Source of the DNA: Cryomorphaceae bacterium
GTDB lineage: Bacteria; Bacteroidota; Bacteroidia; Flavobacteriales; Schleiferiaceae
Direction: 5' to 3'
Assembly: GCA_038141825.1 (NCBI GenBank)
Contig: JAYQIV010000005.1
Coordinates: 31,268-95,267, forward strand
DNA length: 64,000 bases
A program made the position numbers and the translations under genes. The stretch's first letter is position 1. Every line of letters starts with the position of its first letter. Below the pieces are notes generated by a model that searched no databases, was not told the origin of the DNA, and saw only the letters and a program-made list of their open reading frames with translations. This document shows, in pieces, positions 26,699-36,729 of this stretch.

Positions 26699-28330
26699 TT
26701 ATTTACCCTTGAAGAGCTTTTTCACCCCGGTTACTTTCACCTTGGGCTTGTTCAGTACGTGCTCGTCAAAATCTTCCACTGGAGTTTCAGACACGGTTGC
26801 ATCAAACCCTAAACATTCCACGGTGATATCCCGAGTGGCTGCATTTACTTGGAATTCCTCCACGATCTCCACCACATCTGGATGGATACGCAATGAATTA
26901 CGAGCATCAAGCACCACACTAGCACCGTCAGGAAGAGTGTTCAGGGTGCGCTGAATACTCGCCTTGTTCAAGAAGCTCACGCTTTCACTAAACTCAATGC
27001 GGATGGGCTCACCCGCTTTGTAATTCTTAATATCAAACTTGTACGGGAGCTTGAAGTTGTCCCAAAGGATATATACGATGGCCACTATCAGTCCCAAGGC
27101 GATCCCGGTCAAAAGGTCGGTCAAAACAATACCCACCACAGTTACCGTAAACGGAATGAACTCACTTTGCCCCTTCTTCCACATGGCGATGAATAAGGCC
27201 GGCTTGGCCAGCTTCCATCCCACAATCAAGAGAATGGCTGCAAGAGCCGCCAGCGGAATCATGTTCAACACCTTTGGAATGGCATAGGCACAGACTAACA
27301 ATAGGGCACCATGGATAAAAGCAGAGGCCTTGGTGCGACCGCCGCTTTGAATATTCGCAGAAGAACGAACAATCACCTGAGTAATAGGCAAGCCACCAAT
27401 AAAACCGCTGACAACATTCCCGAAGCCTTGTGCCCAAAGCTCTTTGTTGGTAGGGGTTACACGTTTAAATGGGTCCAATTTATCCGTGGCTTCCACACAC
27501 AACAATGTTTCCAAGGAGGCCACAACCGCCATAGTAATCCCGATGGTGTAGATGGCAGGATTTGCAAAGGCCGTCATATCTGGCGTAGTGAATTGGCCCA
27601 TAAAGCCGCTCAATCCCTCTGTCACAGGAATGGCCACCATGTGATCTGCCGACAAAATCCAGCCCTCAATGGTGGTAGTGTTCATTGCGATTAATATCCC
27701 CATGACCACAGTGACCAAAGGCCCTTGGATGATGGTCGTGAAGCTCAATTTCTTCATGAAGGGACGCTCCCATAAAATCAAAATAGCCAAACCTAGGGCT
27801 GCAATAAGGGTCGCCGTAGGGTTCAGCGCTTCCAGCATCCACTTCAACTCAGAGAACGTGTTATGACCGTCTGGTTGAACGAAGTGAAGATCTCCTTCTG
27901 GATCGGCATCATAGCCGACCGCATGGGGAATTTGCTTGAGGAAAATGATGATACCGATACCCGATAGCATTCCTTTAATGACTGAGGACGGGAAATAATA
28001 GCCAATGACTCCGGCACGCAATGCGCCCAAGATCATCTGAGTAATCCCGGCTACAACTACTGCCGCCAAGAAGGTAGGATATGCCCCTAGTTCTTCAATG
28101 GCGCCATATACGATGACGGCCAAACCAGCGGCCGGTGGCCCACTCACACCCAGTGGGCTTCCACTGAAAGGAGCGACAATTAATCCACCGACAATCCCGG
28201 CGATAAGTCCTGAAAATAACGGTGCGCCTGAGGCTAATGCAATTCCTAAACAAAGAGGTAGGGCGACGAGAAAGACGACAATTGAACTTGGTACATCGTA
28301 CTTCAAGTTGCGCAGTGGGCTATATTCCAT
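26699..28330 (-). CDS. SulP family inorganic anion transporter with C-terminal STAS domain
   Basis: 543 aa. The N-terminus reads ...VALPLCLGIALASGAPLFSGLIAGIVGG. It is multi-TM, with a STAS-like tail (FLNKASIQRTLNTLPDGASVVLDA..). Confidence 0.85.
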   Translation of the reverse strand: MEYSPLRNLKYDVPSSIVVFLVALPLCLGIALASGAPLFSGLIAGIVGGLIVAPFSGSPLGVSGPPAAGLAVIVYGAIEELGAYPTFLAAVVVAGITQMILGALRAGVIGYYFPSSVIKGMLSGIGIIIFLKQIPHAVGYDADPEGDLHFVQPDGHNTFSELKWMLEALNPTATLIAALGLAILILWERPFMKKLSFTTIIQGPLVTVVMGILIAMNTTTIEGWILSADHMVAIPVTEGLSGFMGQFTTPDMTAFANPAIYTIGITMAVVASLETLLCVEATDKLDPFKRVTPTNKELWAQGFGNVVSGFIGGLPITQVIVRSSANIQSGGRTKASAFIHGALLLVCAYAIPKVLNMIPLAALAAILLIVGWKLAKPALFIAMWKKGQSEFIPFTVTVVGIVLTDLLTGIALGLIVAIVYILWDNFKLPYKFDIKNYKAGEPIRIEFSESVSFLNKASIQRTLNTLPDGASVVLDARNSLRIHPDVVEIVEEFQVNAATRDITVECLGFDATVSETPVEDFDEHVLNKPKVKVTGVKKLFKGK

Positions 28331-28429
28331 AATTTCAAATGTGTAGTTATTGCAATCTATTGGATAACTCGATGAGAAGCAACATTTCGTGCCCCTATTT
28401 TGTTAAGAGGAAAACCGTTTATTTGTACC

Positions 28430-29218
28430 ATGCTCAGTTATAGCACACATATGACCCATCCCGACCTTCCCTGGGTAACCTTCGTTCACGGGGCGGGAGG
28501 ATCTAGCACCATATGGTATAAGCAGTTGCGTGCATTCCGTGAGAGTTTCAACGTACTATTGGTCGATTTGCGTGGCCATGGCAAGAGCAAGGCACCGTTC
28601 TATGAGAAGTTGAAAAACTACAATTTCTCTACCATTGGGGACGAGGTATTAGAAGTATTGGACCATTTAAAAATCCAACGTACTCATTGGGTTGGCATCT
28701 CATTAGGCACCATCATCATTCGCGAAATTACCGAGCGCTACCCACACCGAACGTTGAGTATGATCATGGGCGGTGCGGTCATGAAACTCAACAAACGTGG
28801 CCAGGTTTTGATGCGCACAGGCGCGGCCTTAAAAAGTGTGCTGCCCTATATGGTACTGTACCGATTCTTTGCTTGGGTAATCATGCCCCGCAAAACACAC
28901 AGAGACTCGAGAAACTTGTTCATCTCAGAGGCAAAAAAACTCTACCAACGAGAATTTAAGCGTTGGTTTACCTTGGTCGCCGAGGTAAATCCACTATTGA
29001 AATACTTCAGATTCAACGACAGCAACGTCCCTACCCTGTATATCATGGGCAGCGAAGACCACATGTTCCTTCCTAGTATTCGAAAAATTGTAGCCTTTCA
29101 CCAAAGCGCCCTGCTTCACGTCATCGAAAATTGCGGACACGTCGTGAACGTTGAGCAACCTGAGGTGTTCAACGAGGAGGCTATAAAGTTTTTGAAACAG
29201 CACTCTAACAATGCTTAA
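28430..29218 (+). CDS. Alpha/beta hydrolase
   Basis: HGAGGSS oxyanion region, nucleophile elbow GISLG and a C-terminal CGH. The start was chosen at MLSYSTH. Confidence 0.7.
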   Translation: MLSYSTHMTHPDLPWVTFVHGAGGSSTIWYKQLRAFRESFNVLLVDLRGHGKSKAPFYEKLKNYNFSTIGDEVLEVLDHLKIQRTHWVGISLGTIIIREITERYPHRTLSMIMGGAVMKLNKRGQVLMRTGAALKSVLPYMVLYRFFAWVIMPRKTHRDSRNLFISEAKKLYQREFKRWFTLVAEVNPLLKYFRFNDSNVPTLYIMGSEDHMFLPSIRKIVAFHQSALLHVIENCGHVVNVEQPEVFNEEAIKFLKQHSNNA

Positions 29219-29522
29219 GACCCCTTACTCCAGATTTAGATGGGTGGCTTTCTTTGAAGGCAGCTCGTTCCTCGTACTCCTTTTCATTTCCATGCCGTTG
29301 AAATACTTGGCGGACATGCCCATGCCGAACAAGGTATTTGGAATGTTACACGGAGTACTCACCGTACTCTATCTCTTCGCACTGATTGAATTCAAGCTGA
29401 ACTACAAGGTGAGCTGGAAGGAATTTTTCATCTTCCTCGTTGCGTCATTGCTACCCTTTGGCACATTCTACGCGGAAAAGCGTTGGTTGCGCCCCATTGG
29501 TGCTGCGCACGGCGAAGCTTAA
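29211..29522 (+). CDS. DUF3817 domain-containing membrane protein
   Basis: 103 aa with three TM segments. FRWVAFFEGSSFLVLLFISMPLKY...FGMLHG matches the DUF3817 pattern. Confidence 0.65.
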   Translation: MLKTPYSRFRWVAFFEGSSFLVLLFISMPLKYLADMPMPNKVFGMLHGVLTVLYLFALIEFKLNYKVSWKEFFIFLVASLLPFGTFYAEKRWLRPIGAAHGEA

Positions 29523-29686
29523 TCTTCTAGCGCGTCCAATTTTTGTAAGACCGCCTGTGCCTGCGCCTGCACACGATCGCTCTCCGCACGGTTGCTGTGG
29601 CTGAGCTCGTAGCTCTTTTTGATCAGCGCATCGTATTCTGCTTCCAATTTCTCGCGCTCCGTCTTCTTCTTGAACAATCCAAACAT
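29519..29686 (-). CDS. Small helical protein (Lacal_2735-like)
   Basis: MFGLFKKKTEREKLEAEYDALIKKSYELSHSNRAESDRVQAQAQAVLQKLDALED. It lies in the gap between neighbouring genes. Confidence 0.45.
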   Translation of the reverse strand: MFGLFKKKTEREKLEAEYDALIKKSYELSHSNRAESDRVQAQAQAVLQKLDALED

Positions 29687-29702
29687 TGTGTATCTTTTCC
29701 CT

Positions 29703-30764
29703 ATGAAACACCGCATCCTTGGAGTTGGTTCATTGTTGTGCTTGTTTATAGCCTGCACCACTCCCGAACCGCCTACCCCCACCCCTAGTGATCACCCGCT
29801 CCGCGGCACAGATTTTAGTCAGCTTCCGAAAATCGAAGCCTATAATTACGCATTTAAAGACGCCGAAGGTAACCCAGCAGATGCGCTAGAAATCTTGAGG
29901 AACAACGGCCTTAACCTGATCCGGTTAAAAGTCTGGAACAACCCCACTGGTGACGGGTCTTTAGAGGAATTGGTCCCCTATGTTCAGAGACTAAAAACCC
30001 TTGGATTCCAGACCATGCTCACCTTCCATTACAGCAACACTTGGGCCGATCCAGGCGCTCAATCTGTCCCTGCGCAATGGGAAAACCTCAGCATGAGTGA
30101 ACTTGCCGATAGTGTTCGCACCTTTACCCAACACGTGGTAGCCACCCTGCAACCGGAATATGTGCAAATAGGCAATGAAATCAACCACGGCTTCATGCAC
30201 CCCTTTGGCATGCGCAACGGAAATGGAAATTTCCAGACCCTCCTAGCCGCTGGAATTGAGGGCGCCAAGGCAGCAGATTCTTCGGTAACGACCATCCTTC
30301 ATTACGCCGGATACGACAACGCCATGAACTTCTACGCCACCGTCGATTCCTTGGATTACGATTGGATCGGGCTGTCCTACTACCCGAAATGGCACGGCAC
30401 GAGCTTGTCCACCTTATCTGAAACGTGTTTTAGTTTGGCCGATTCCTTCCAACGCCCCGTCTCCATCGTAGAAACCTCCTACGCATTCACCTTGGGTTGG
30501 AACGACTGGACCAACAACCACATCGGCGGCACTTCAGATTTACATCCTGACTACCCAGCTACTCCTGAAGGTCAAGCGGATTTGATGGCAGATTTACGCG
30601 CCATTACGGATTCCTTAGGCACGGGATTAGTCTATTGGGGCGGAGAGCTCGTGGCCTATAAAGGTCCCGAAGCGACAGACGGCAGTCCTTATGAGAACCA
30701 GGCGTTGTTCAACTTCCAAGGCATGGCCCTGCCGGCACTGAAAACCTTGGGACAGGAACCTTAA
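29703..30764 (+). CDS. Arabinogalactan endo-beta-1,4-galactanase (GH53), lipoprotein
   Basis: Lipobox MKHRILGVGSLLCLFIAC. GH53-like segments are GLNLIRLKVWNNP, FHYSNTWADPG, VQIGNEINHG, GLSYYPKWHG and IVETSY. Confidence 0.8.
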   Translation: MKHRILGVGSLLCLFIACTTPEPPTPTPSDHPLRGTDFSQLPKIEAYNYAFKDAEGNPADALEILRNNGLNLIRLKVWNNPTGDGSLEELVPYVQRLKTLGFQTMLTFHYSNTWADPGAQSVPAQWENLSMSELADSVRTFTQHVVATLQPEYVQIGNEINHGFMHPFGMRNGNGNFQTLLAAGIEGAKAADSSVTTILHYAGYDNAMNFYATVDSLDYDWIGLSYYPKWHGTSLSTLSETCFSLADSFQRPVSIVETSYAFTLGWNDWTNNHIGGTSDLHPDYPATPEGQADLMADLRAITDSLGTGLVYWGGELVAYKGPEATDGSPYENQALFNFQGMALPALKTLGQEP

Positions 30765-31381
30765 CGATTTCCTCGAGATACCCTAGCCTTCGTGTTCCTG
30801 CTGGATTTTTCGTTTCCGAAGCTCCCTCGAACCGCAGACCCACCTGTTGTATCGCCTTTGCGATAGGCAACACGCAAGGAATTTTGGATGTCTTTTAAGA
30901 ATACGTATTGCTCCTTTTCCAACTCAAAGACCATGTCCATCTCAGGCAACTGGTGAATGGTAATGGTATGAATGCCCCCCATACGTTGTAAACTGATGTC
31001 GTTGTCCTCATACCCTAAATCTCCAGCGGTAAAGACAAAATGGTATTCTAAGGAATTCACCTCAAATTTTAAGGGCTCTAAACTCTGTAAGGTTGCCGAA
31101 GCATTTTCTCCAGCAAAAGTCAATGTGGTGTGATCCGCCGTTTTATAGAACATGCTGCCCGGATGACTCACCGTAAAAATGAAACGAAAACGCTCTTGAT
31201 TATTCTCTAGCCCGTATCGTGCTTCCAGCATCACAGTGGTATCGCCGTGCTCCGCGAGCTTGAATGGCAATACCTTCGCAATTTGGTAACCACGAGGGTC
31301 TACATCAAAAACGACCTGCTTGTTCTGGGCAAAACTTCCCATCCACAGCAAAAACACAAGGATACTTAGGTTGGTTTTCAT
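30761..31381 (-). CDS. Hypothetical secreted protein
   Basis: 206-aa ORF with signal MKTNLSILVFLLWMGSFAQ. No family was recognised. Confidence 0.5.
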   Translation of the reverse strand: MKTNLSILVFLLWMGSFAQNKQVVFDVDPRGYQIAKVLPFKLAEHGDTTVMLEARYGLENNQERFRFIFTVSHPGSMFYKTADHTTLTFAGENASATLQSLEPLKFEVNSLEYHFVFTAGDLGYEDNDISLQRMGGIHTITIHQLPEMDMVFELEKEQYVFLKDIQNSLRVAYRKGDTTGGSAVRGSFGNEKSSRNTKARVSRGNR

Positions 31382-31421
31382 GGCATATTGTATTTTGGAA
31401 CTCCTAAACTTACTTCGAATT

Positions 31422-31877
31422 ATGAGAATCCCTGCAAGTTCCGTCTCAGATTATATTTCCAAGGTTCCTGAAGAGCGCCAAGAAGCGTTCGAGCGACTCA
31501 TGGCCATTTTCAGAACCCATTTGCCGGAAGGATTCGAAGAAGGCTTGGGGTATGGGATGCCGGCTTTCATTGTGCCGCACAGCATTTATCCCGATGGATA
31601 CCACTGTAAACCCTCGGAACCACTGCCCTTTGTAAGTTTCGCCTCACAGAAGAATTTCATCGCACTATACCACATGGGGATCTACGCTATACCTGAACTG
31701 TACAAATGGTGGACGGAGGAATTCCCTAAGCACAGCAGCAAGAAACTCGATATGGGAAAAAGCTGTGTCCGATTCAAAAAGCCAGAAGATATCCCCTTCG
31801 AATTGATCGAAGAATTGGCCCAAAAAGTCACCGTACAGCAGTGGATAGAGGTTTATGAAAACAATATCAAACGATAG
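31422..31877 (+). CDS. DUF1801 (YdhG-like) domain-containing protein
   Basis: MRIPASSVSDYISKVPEERQEAFERLMAIFRTHLP...GYGMPAF... matches the DUF1801 pattern. Confidence 0.65.
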   Translation: MRIPASSVSDYISKVPEERQEAFERLMAIFRTHLPEGFEEGLGYGMPAFIVPHSIYPDGYHCKPSEPLPFVSFASQKNFIALYHMGIYAIPELYKWWTEEFPKHSSKKLDMGKSCVRFKKPEDIPFELIEELAQKVTVQQWIEVYENNIKR

Positions 31878-31890
31878 TTTTTCAATTCCC

Positions 31891-31898
31891 TAAATTTG
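31891..31898 (+). promoter_or_regulatory. Candidate Bacteroidota -7 promoter box (TAnnTTTG)
   Basis: TAAATTTG lies 21 nt upstream of the acyltransferase ATG at 31919. I saw no clear -33 TTG. Confidence 0.25.
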
Positions 31899-31918
31899 CC
31901 ACATACTTACACACCTCC

Positions 31919-32745
31919 ATGCCAAACCAAGATAAGTTCGTAGATGTCAACCAGGCCATATTAGATAAGAGCCCTGGCATTCATGCTATTCTCCCAAAAT
32001 TCCTCATTCATTGGCTTAAAGAACGCATCGTTCATGAAACCTACCTGAATACATACATGAGTGAGGCTGGAGAAAAGCGGGATTTCGAATTTTGTAAAGA
32101 CTTCTTGGATTATGCCGGCATCACGGTTCACACTGTAGGTGCTGAAAACATTCCAGAAAGCGGCGGCACTATTTTCGCAGCCAACCATCCCCTAGGCGGT
32201 ACGGATGCCTTGGCCATTATGGTGAGCATCAGTGGTTACCGGAACGACGTTAAGTTCTTGGTCAATGACTTGTTGATGCAAATCAAGAATCTCCGCGGTT
32301 TGTTTGTCGGCGTCAATCTCTTTGGGGCGACCCCGCGTGAGAACATTCGACGTGTAGATGAATTATTCGCCAGTGATAACGCCGTATTCATCTTCCCAGC
32401 TGGACTCGTGAGTAGAATGACCCGCCATAAGGTCATCCGTGATTTAGATTGGAAGAAAACCTTTATCTCCAAAGCGAAACGCTATAAAAAAGCCCATAGT
32501 ACCCGTTCACATTAGTGGAAGACTATCCCGTCGTTTCTATTTTGTGGCCAGACTCCGAAAAGTTTTTTGGCATTAAAATCAATCTCGAAATGCTCTTTTT
32601 GGTCGACGAAATCCTCAAGCAAAAGGGGAATTCCATCACCATTACCTACGGCAAACCTATCGATCCTTCAACCCTGGACAAGAGTAAGACCGACGATGAG
32701 TGGGCCTATGAAGTAAAGAAACAGGTTTACGAACTCGTACAATAA
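31919..32745 (+). pseudogene. PlsC-type lysophospholipid/O-acyltransferase (glycine-lipid GlsA-like), interrupted by two +1 frameshifts
   Basis: The acyltransferase motif is FAANHPLGGTDAL. The conserved block KKPIVPVHISGRLSRRFYFVARLRKVF lies in the third frame between ORFs 31919-32515 and 32515-32745. The junctions sit at A6 (32486-32491) and T6 (32563-32568). Confidence 0.7.
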
Positions 32746-32781
32746 GCCTTCAATCGCAATCTGCGAGGTATATTTGCACCC

Positions 32782-33723
32782 ATGAACGATCTCAGTTACA
32801 TCCGCCCTGCAGTTCCTGTAGAGGATTTGAAAAAAGAATTGACGCCCGATAAATTTGTGCGACACACCTCTAAACTCAACAATGAGATCTACTTCATCAA
32901 TGCCCACAACTCTCCCAACCTCCTTCAGGAAATAGGACGTTTGCGCGAGCTCACCTTTGCTACGGCAGATGGCGGCACCGGACAGCCTGTTGACCTGGAC
33001 GACATGGACCTCAGCGACATCCCTTACGAGCAATTGATTGTATGGAATCCTGAGGAAGAGGAAATCGTGGGCGGCTACAGGTTCATTGACGGAAAAGTAG
33101 TGGCAGAAAAAGGGAACTGGGAGCATGACCTCAGCATGGGGCATTACTTCAAGTTCACGGAAACTTTTGTAAAAGAGTTTTTGCCACACAGCATTGAGCT
33201 CGGCAGAAGCTGGGTACAGCCAAAATACCAGCCAGCGGTGGATCCAAAACGTGGATTGTTTGCCTTAGATAATATTTGGGACGGTCTGGGCGCCATTGTA
33301 CGTCGATACGACCACTTAAAGTACTTCTACGGGAAGGTGACCATGTACCCGACCTACAACCGAGAAGCGCGAAATATGGTCCTGAGCTTCCTAGCGCATT
33401 TCTTCCCCGATCCTGAGCAACTCATGTCTCCGACCGTTGCCGCAGATGTGGAATTCTTGCCAAATATGGACGAGCTCTTCCCTATCGATCCTAATGATTT
33501 CGAAAGCAGCTTCAAAACTGGCTTGCGTCAACTTAACAAGATGGTCAGCCAGCACGGGGAAAGCGTACCTCCGCTGATCAAGCAATACATGACCCTGAGT
33601 CCCAAGATGATGACCTTCGGAACATTCATCAACAAAGACTTTGGTGGTGTAGAAGAAACTGGAATTCTAATCCCGGTAGAGCACATCTACAGCGCGAAGA
33701 AAGATCGCTACATTCAATTCTAA
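32782..33723 (+). CDS. GNAT-family N-acyltransferase (hemolysin-like; glycine/ornithine-lipid GlsB/OlsB type)
   Basis: 313 aa with ...LRELTFATADGGTGQPVDLD..DIPYEQLIVWNPEEEEIVGGYRF... It is adjacent to the PlsC-type acyltransferase, as in glycine-lipid loci. Confidence 0.7.
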   Translation: MNDLSYIRPAVPVEDLKKELTPDKFVRHTSKLNNEIYFINAHNSPNLLQEIGRLRELTFATADGGTGQPVDLDDMDLSDIPYEQLIVWNPEEEEIVGGYRFIDGKVVAEKGNWEHDLSMGHYFKFTETFVKEFLPHSIELGRSWVQPKYQPAVDPKRGLFALDNIWDGLGAIVRRYDHLKYFYGKVTMYPTYNREARNMVLSFLAHFFPDPEQLMSPTVAADVEFLPNMDELFPIDPNDFESSFKTGLRQLNKMVSQHGESVPPLIKQYMTLSPKMMTFGTFINKDFGGVEETGILIPVEHIYSAKKDRYIQF

Positions 33724-33771
33724 ACTAAGGTCCAATTTTGTGGTTATTTTTGATGGAAACAACAACCCCTC

Positions 33772-34929
33772 ATGATCAACTTCAATCTATATAACCCCAC
33801 CAATCTTTGCTTTGGCAAGGATGCGCATGAACAATTGGCCACCCTCATCCCATCGGGATCAAAAGTCTTAATGACCTACGGCGGCGGCTCCATTAAGTCC
33901 AACGGTACCTACGATAAAGTCATTGCTGCCCTCTCAAGCTTTGAAGTGGTAGAATTTGGCGGCATTGAACCCAACCCAGATTTCGATACGCTCAGCCGCG
34001 CGTTGGACATCATCAAAACCCAAAACATCACCTTCCTACTCGCCGTGGGCGGTGGCTCGGTGATCGACGGTACGAAATTCCTCGCTTCAGCCGCGCTGTA
34101 CGACGGTGATGATGCATGGGACATCCTCGACAAAGGCATTCGCACAGAAGTAGGCATGCCCTTTGGTACCGTACTTACCCTACCCGCCACCGGTTCGGAG
34201 ATGAATAGCGGTGCGGTAATCAGCCGCCGTGCCATTGGTCAAAAACGCGGCATGGGTGGGCCTGGTTTATTCCCCCTCTTTTCCATCTGTGACCCGACTG
34301 TGGTCGAGAGCATCCCCACGAGACAATTGGCCAATGGCCTAGTAGATGCCTTCACCCACGTCATGGAGCAGTACATGACCTACCCTACGCCCGCAACCTT
34401 ACAAGACCGCATCAGCGAAGGAATCTTGAGCACCCTAATGGAAATCGCTCCTAGCCTGCTGGAAAACCCGAAGGACTATGACCTCGCCGCGAATTTCATG
34501 TGGAGCTGCACGATGGCCTTGAACGGCCTTATTCAAAAGGGAGTGCCCACGGATTGGAGTATTCACGCTGTGGGCCATGAGCTCACCGCCGCGTACAACA
34601 TCGACCACGCCCGAACCTTGGCCATTGTTTTGCCAAGCATGTACCGCTATAAGTTCAGCCAAAAGCAAGCGAAACTTGCCCAATACGGACGTAGAGTCTT
34701 GGGCCTCTCCGGTACAGATTTCGACGTTGCACACGAAGCCATCGACCGCACCGAAGCCTTCTTCCAATCCCTAGGCATCGCTACCAAGCTGAGCGAATAC
34801 GGTGTCGATACTACAGGTATTGAAAAGCGTGCTGCGGACCAATTAAAAAATTACGGTTGGACCGCCCTAGGAGAGCACAAAGACATTACCCCTGCGGACG
34901 TAGAGAAAATACTGGAAATGGCGCTGTAA
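33772..34929 (+). CDS. Iron-containing alcohol dehydrogenase (YqhD/butanol dehydrogenase-like)
   Basis: GGGSVIDGTKF, LPATGSEMN, and His-rich metal-site regions (DAFTHVMEQY, IHAVGHELT). Confidence 0.85.
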   Translation: MINFNLYNPTNLCFGKDAHEQLATLIPSGSKVLMTYGGGSIKSNGTYDKVIAALSSFEVVEFGGIEPNPDFDTLSRALDIIKTQNITFLLAVGGGSVIDGTKFLASAALYDGDDAWDILDKGIRTEVGMPFGTVLTLPATGSEMNSGAVISRRAIGQKRGMGGPGLFPLFSICDPTVVESIPTRQLANGLVDAFTHVMEQYMTYPTPATLQDRISEGILSTLMEIAPSLLENPKDYDLAANFMWSCTMALNGLIQKGVPTDWSIHAVGHELTAAYNIDHARTLAIVLPSMYRYKFSQKQAKLAQYGRRVLGLSGTDFDVAHEAIDRTEAFFQSLGIATKLSEYGVDTTGIEKRAADQLKNYGWTALGEHKDITPADVEKILEMAL

Positions 34930-35361
34930 TTAGCCCTCGAGATGGGTCAATAACCCTTCAAGAGCCAAGCGATAACTGTCTAATCCAAAGCCGCTTACGG
35001 TCGCTATGCAACGCTGGCCCACCAAGCTTGTGTGACGGAAATCTTCACGGGCCAATGGATTAGAAATGTGTACTTCTACCACGGGTATTTTAATGGCCGC
35101 TACGCAATCCATGATGGCCACTGAGGTATGGGTATACCCACCGGCGTTTAGGAGCACTCCATCAAAATTGCCATCGGCTGCTTGAAGCAAATCGATGAGC
35201 TCGCCCTCGACATTGCTTTGGTGGTATTCGAAGCTCGCGGCATCGTCATAGACCGCAGTTAATTCCTCATAGAACGACAGAAAGTCCTGCGCGCCGTAAA
35301 TGCCCGGTTCACGAGTACCGACTAAGTTCAGATTAGGTCCGTTGAGAATTAAAATGCGCAT
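34930..35361 (-). CDS. aroQ: Type II 3-dehydroquinate dehydratase
   Basis: MRILILNGPNLNLVGTREPGIYG...GYTHTSVAIMD...EVHISNPLAREDFRH. Confidence 0.9.
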   Translation of the reverse strand: MRILILNGPNLNLVGTREPGIYGAQDFLSFYEELTAVYDDAASFEYHQSNVEGELIDLLQAADGNFDGVLLNAGGYTHTSVAIMDCVAAIKIPVVEVHISNPLAREDFRHTSLVGQRCIATVSGFGLDSYRLALEGLLTHLEG

Positions 35362-35398
35362 GGTGCTAAAGTACGATTTGAAGTACGAAATTAGAGGA

Positions 35399-36289
35399 AT
35401 GAATTGGACCAACGCCATACAAGGCTTTAAAGATTACCTGAAATTTGAGCGTGGCTTAAGCGACAATACCCTTGCCGCCTACAGCCGCGACCTCAGCCTG
35501 CTGGATCAAAGCAGCGGCAAAGGTCCTACGTCCATTTCTGCTCAGGACATTCAGCAGTTCTTGATCTCCCTTCACGAACAAGGGACCAGCCCCCGCTCGC
35601 AAGGGCGGATTCTCAGTGCCCTCCGCGGATTCTTTCGATGGATGCAGGAGGAGCAGATGCGCACCGACGATCCTTCACTCCTATTTGAAAACCCGAAAGT
35701 GGGGCGCAAGCTCCCAGTAGTACTCAGCGTGAGCGAGGTGCAAAGCATCCTCGAGGCCATTCCCATGAATGCCGCCAATGCTACCCGCGACCGCGCCATC
35801 ATTGAACTACTCTACGCCTGTGGACTCCGCGTGAGCGAGGTATGTTCCCTGAAACGTTCGCTCTTGCGATTGAACGAAGGCTATATCATTGTTACGGGAA
35901 AGGGCAACAAACAACGCTTAGTGCCCGTCCACAAAGAAGCCATTAAGTTTTTAGAGCTCTACCTCGAGCACGAACGCCCGCATCTGCCGTGCAAACCCCA
36001 GCATACAGATACGGTCTTCCTAAGTGTGCGTGGCACGGGACTGACCCGCCAAAGCATCTTCTTGAAGATTAAGCACTTCACCGCCCAAGCCGGCATCAAG
36101 AAAAACATCAGCCCCCACTCGCTGCGGCACAGCTTCGCCACCCACTTGATGGAAGGCGGCGCGGATTTGAGAATCGTGCAGCAACTGTTGGGACACGAGA
36201 GCATTACGACCACCGAAATTTATACGCATATTAGCGCCCAGCGATTGAGCGAAGAAATCGCGACCTACCACCCCTTGAATTCACTATGA
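35399..36289 (+). CDS. xerD: Site-specific tyrosine recombinase XerD
   Basis: FKDYLKFERGLSDNTLAAYSRDL...RDRAIIELLYACGLRVSE...HSLRHSFATHLMEGGADLRIVQQLLGHESITTTEIYTH. Confidence 0.85.
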   Translation: MNWTNAIQGFKDYLKFERGLSDNTLAAYSRDLSLLDQSSGKGPTSISAQDIQQFLISLHEQGTSPRSQGRILSALRGFFRWMQEEQMRTDDPSLLFENPKVGRKLPVVLSVSEVQSILEAIPMNAANATRDRAIIELLYACGLRVSEVCSLKRSLLRLNEGYIIVTGKGNKQRLVPVHKEAIKFLELYLEHERPHLPCKPQHTDTVFLSVRGTGLTRQSIFLKIKHFTAQAGIKKNISPHSLRHSFATHLMEGGADLRIVQQLLGHESITTTEIYTHISAQRLSEEIATYHPLNSL

Positions 36290-36729
36290 GATTACAACTT
36301 CTTCTCGGACTTGCATTGCTATTGGTCTCTTGCCGCAAGGATACTGACGAGCGATACAACGAGATCATCAACGACACGATGGAATGCAGCTACGACGCCG
36401 GCTGGAATGTGAACACTTTGAATGATGCCATAATAGGCACCTACGAGTGGCGTTTTGTGCGTGCCTACGGGTTTGGAGAATATTCGAGCGATAGTGATTT
36501 TAAGAATTGGACCCTCGAACTAAAGGCAGATAGCACCTTCATTTTAAATCAAGCAGATTCGGCCACTGTGCAAGGGCAATGGAGCCTCTCGAACAGTTGG
36601 CTCAGTTTTATGTTAGACTGTCAGCCGCCCGCAAGCACCCTCTGGGGAGAAGTGCTCTACTGCGAACCTTACCTCGTGTTCTACAGCAGTCCTGTTGACG
36701 GCCCTGACCATTTGTACGAAAGACAATGA
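36286..36729 (+). CDS. Hypothetical lipoprotein
   Basis: Lipobox MRLQLLLGLALLLVSC. It has 4-nt ATGA overlaps with both xerD and the downstream aldehyde dehydrogenase. Confidence 0.5.
   Translation: MRLQLLLGLALLLVSCRKDTDERYNEIINDTMECSYDAGWNVNTLNDAIIGTYEWRFVRAYGFGEYSSDSDFKNWTLELKADSTFILNQADSATVQGQWSLSNSWLSFMLDCQPPASTLWGEVLYCEPYLVFYSSPVDGPDHLYERQ

Noticed and set aside
32668-33189. 173-aa minus-strand ORF
   Set aside because: It is antisense to the GNAT N-acyltransferase and the acyltransferase 3' end, with no recognisable motifs.
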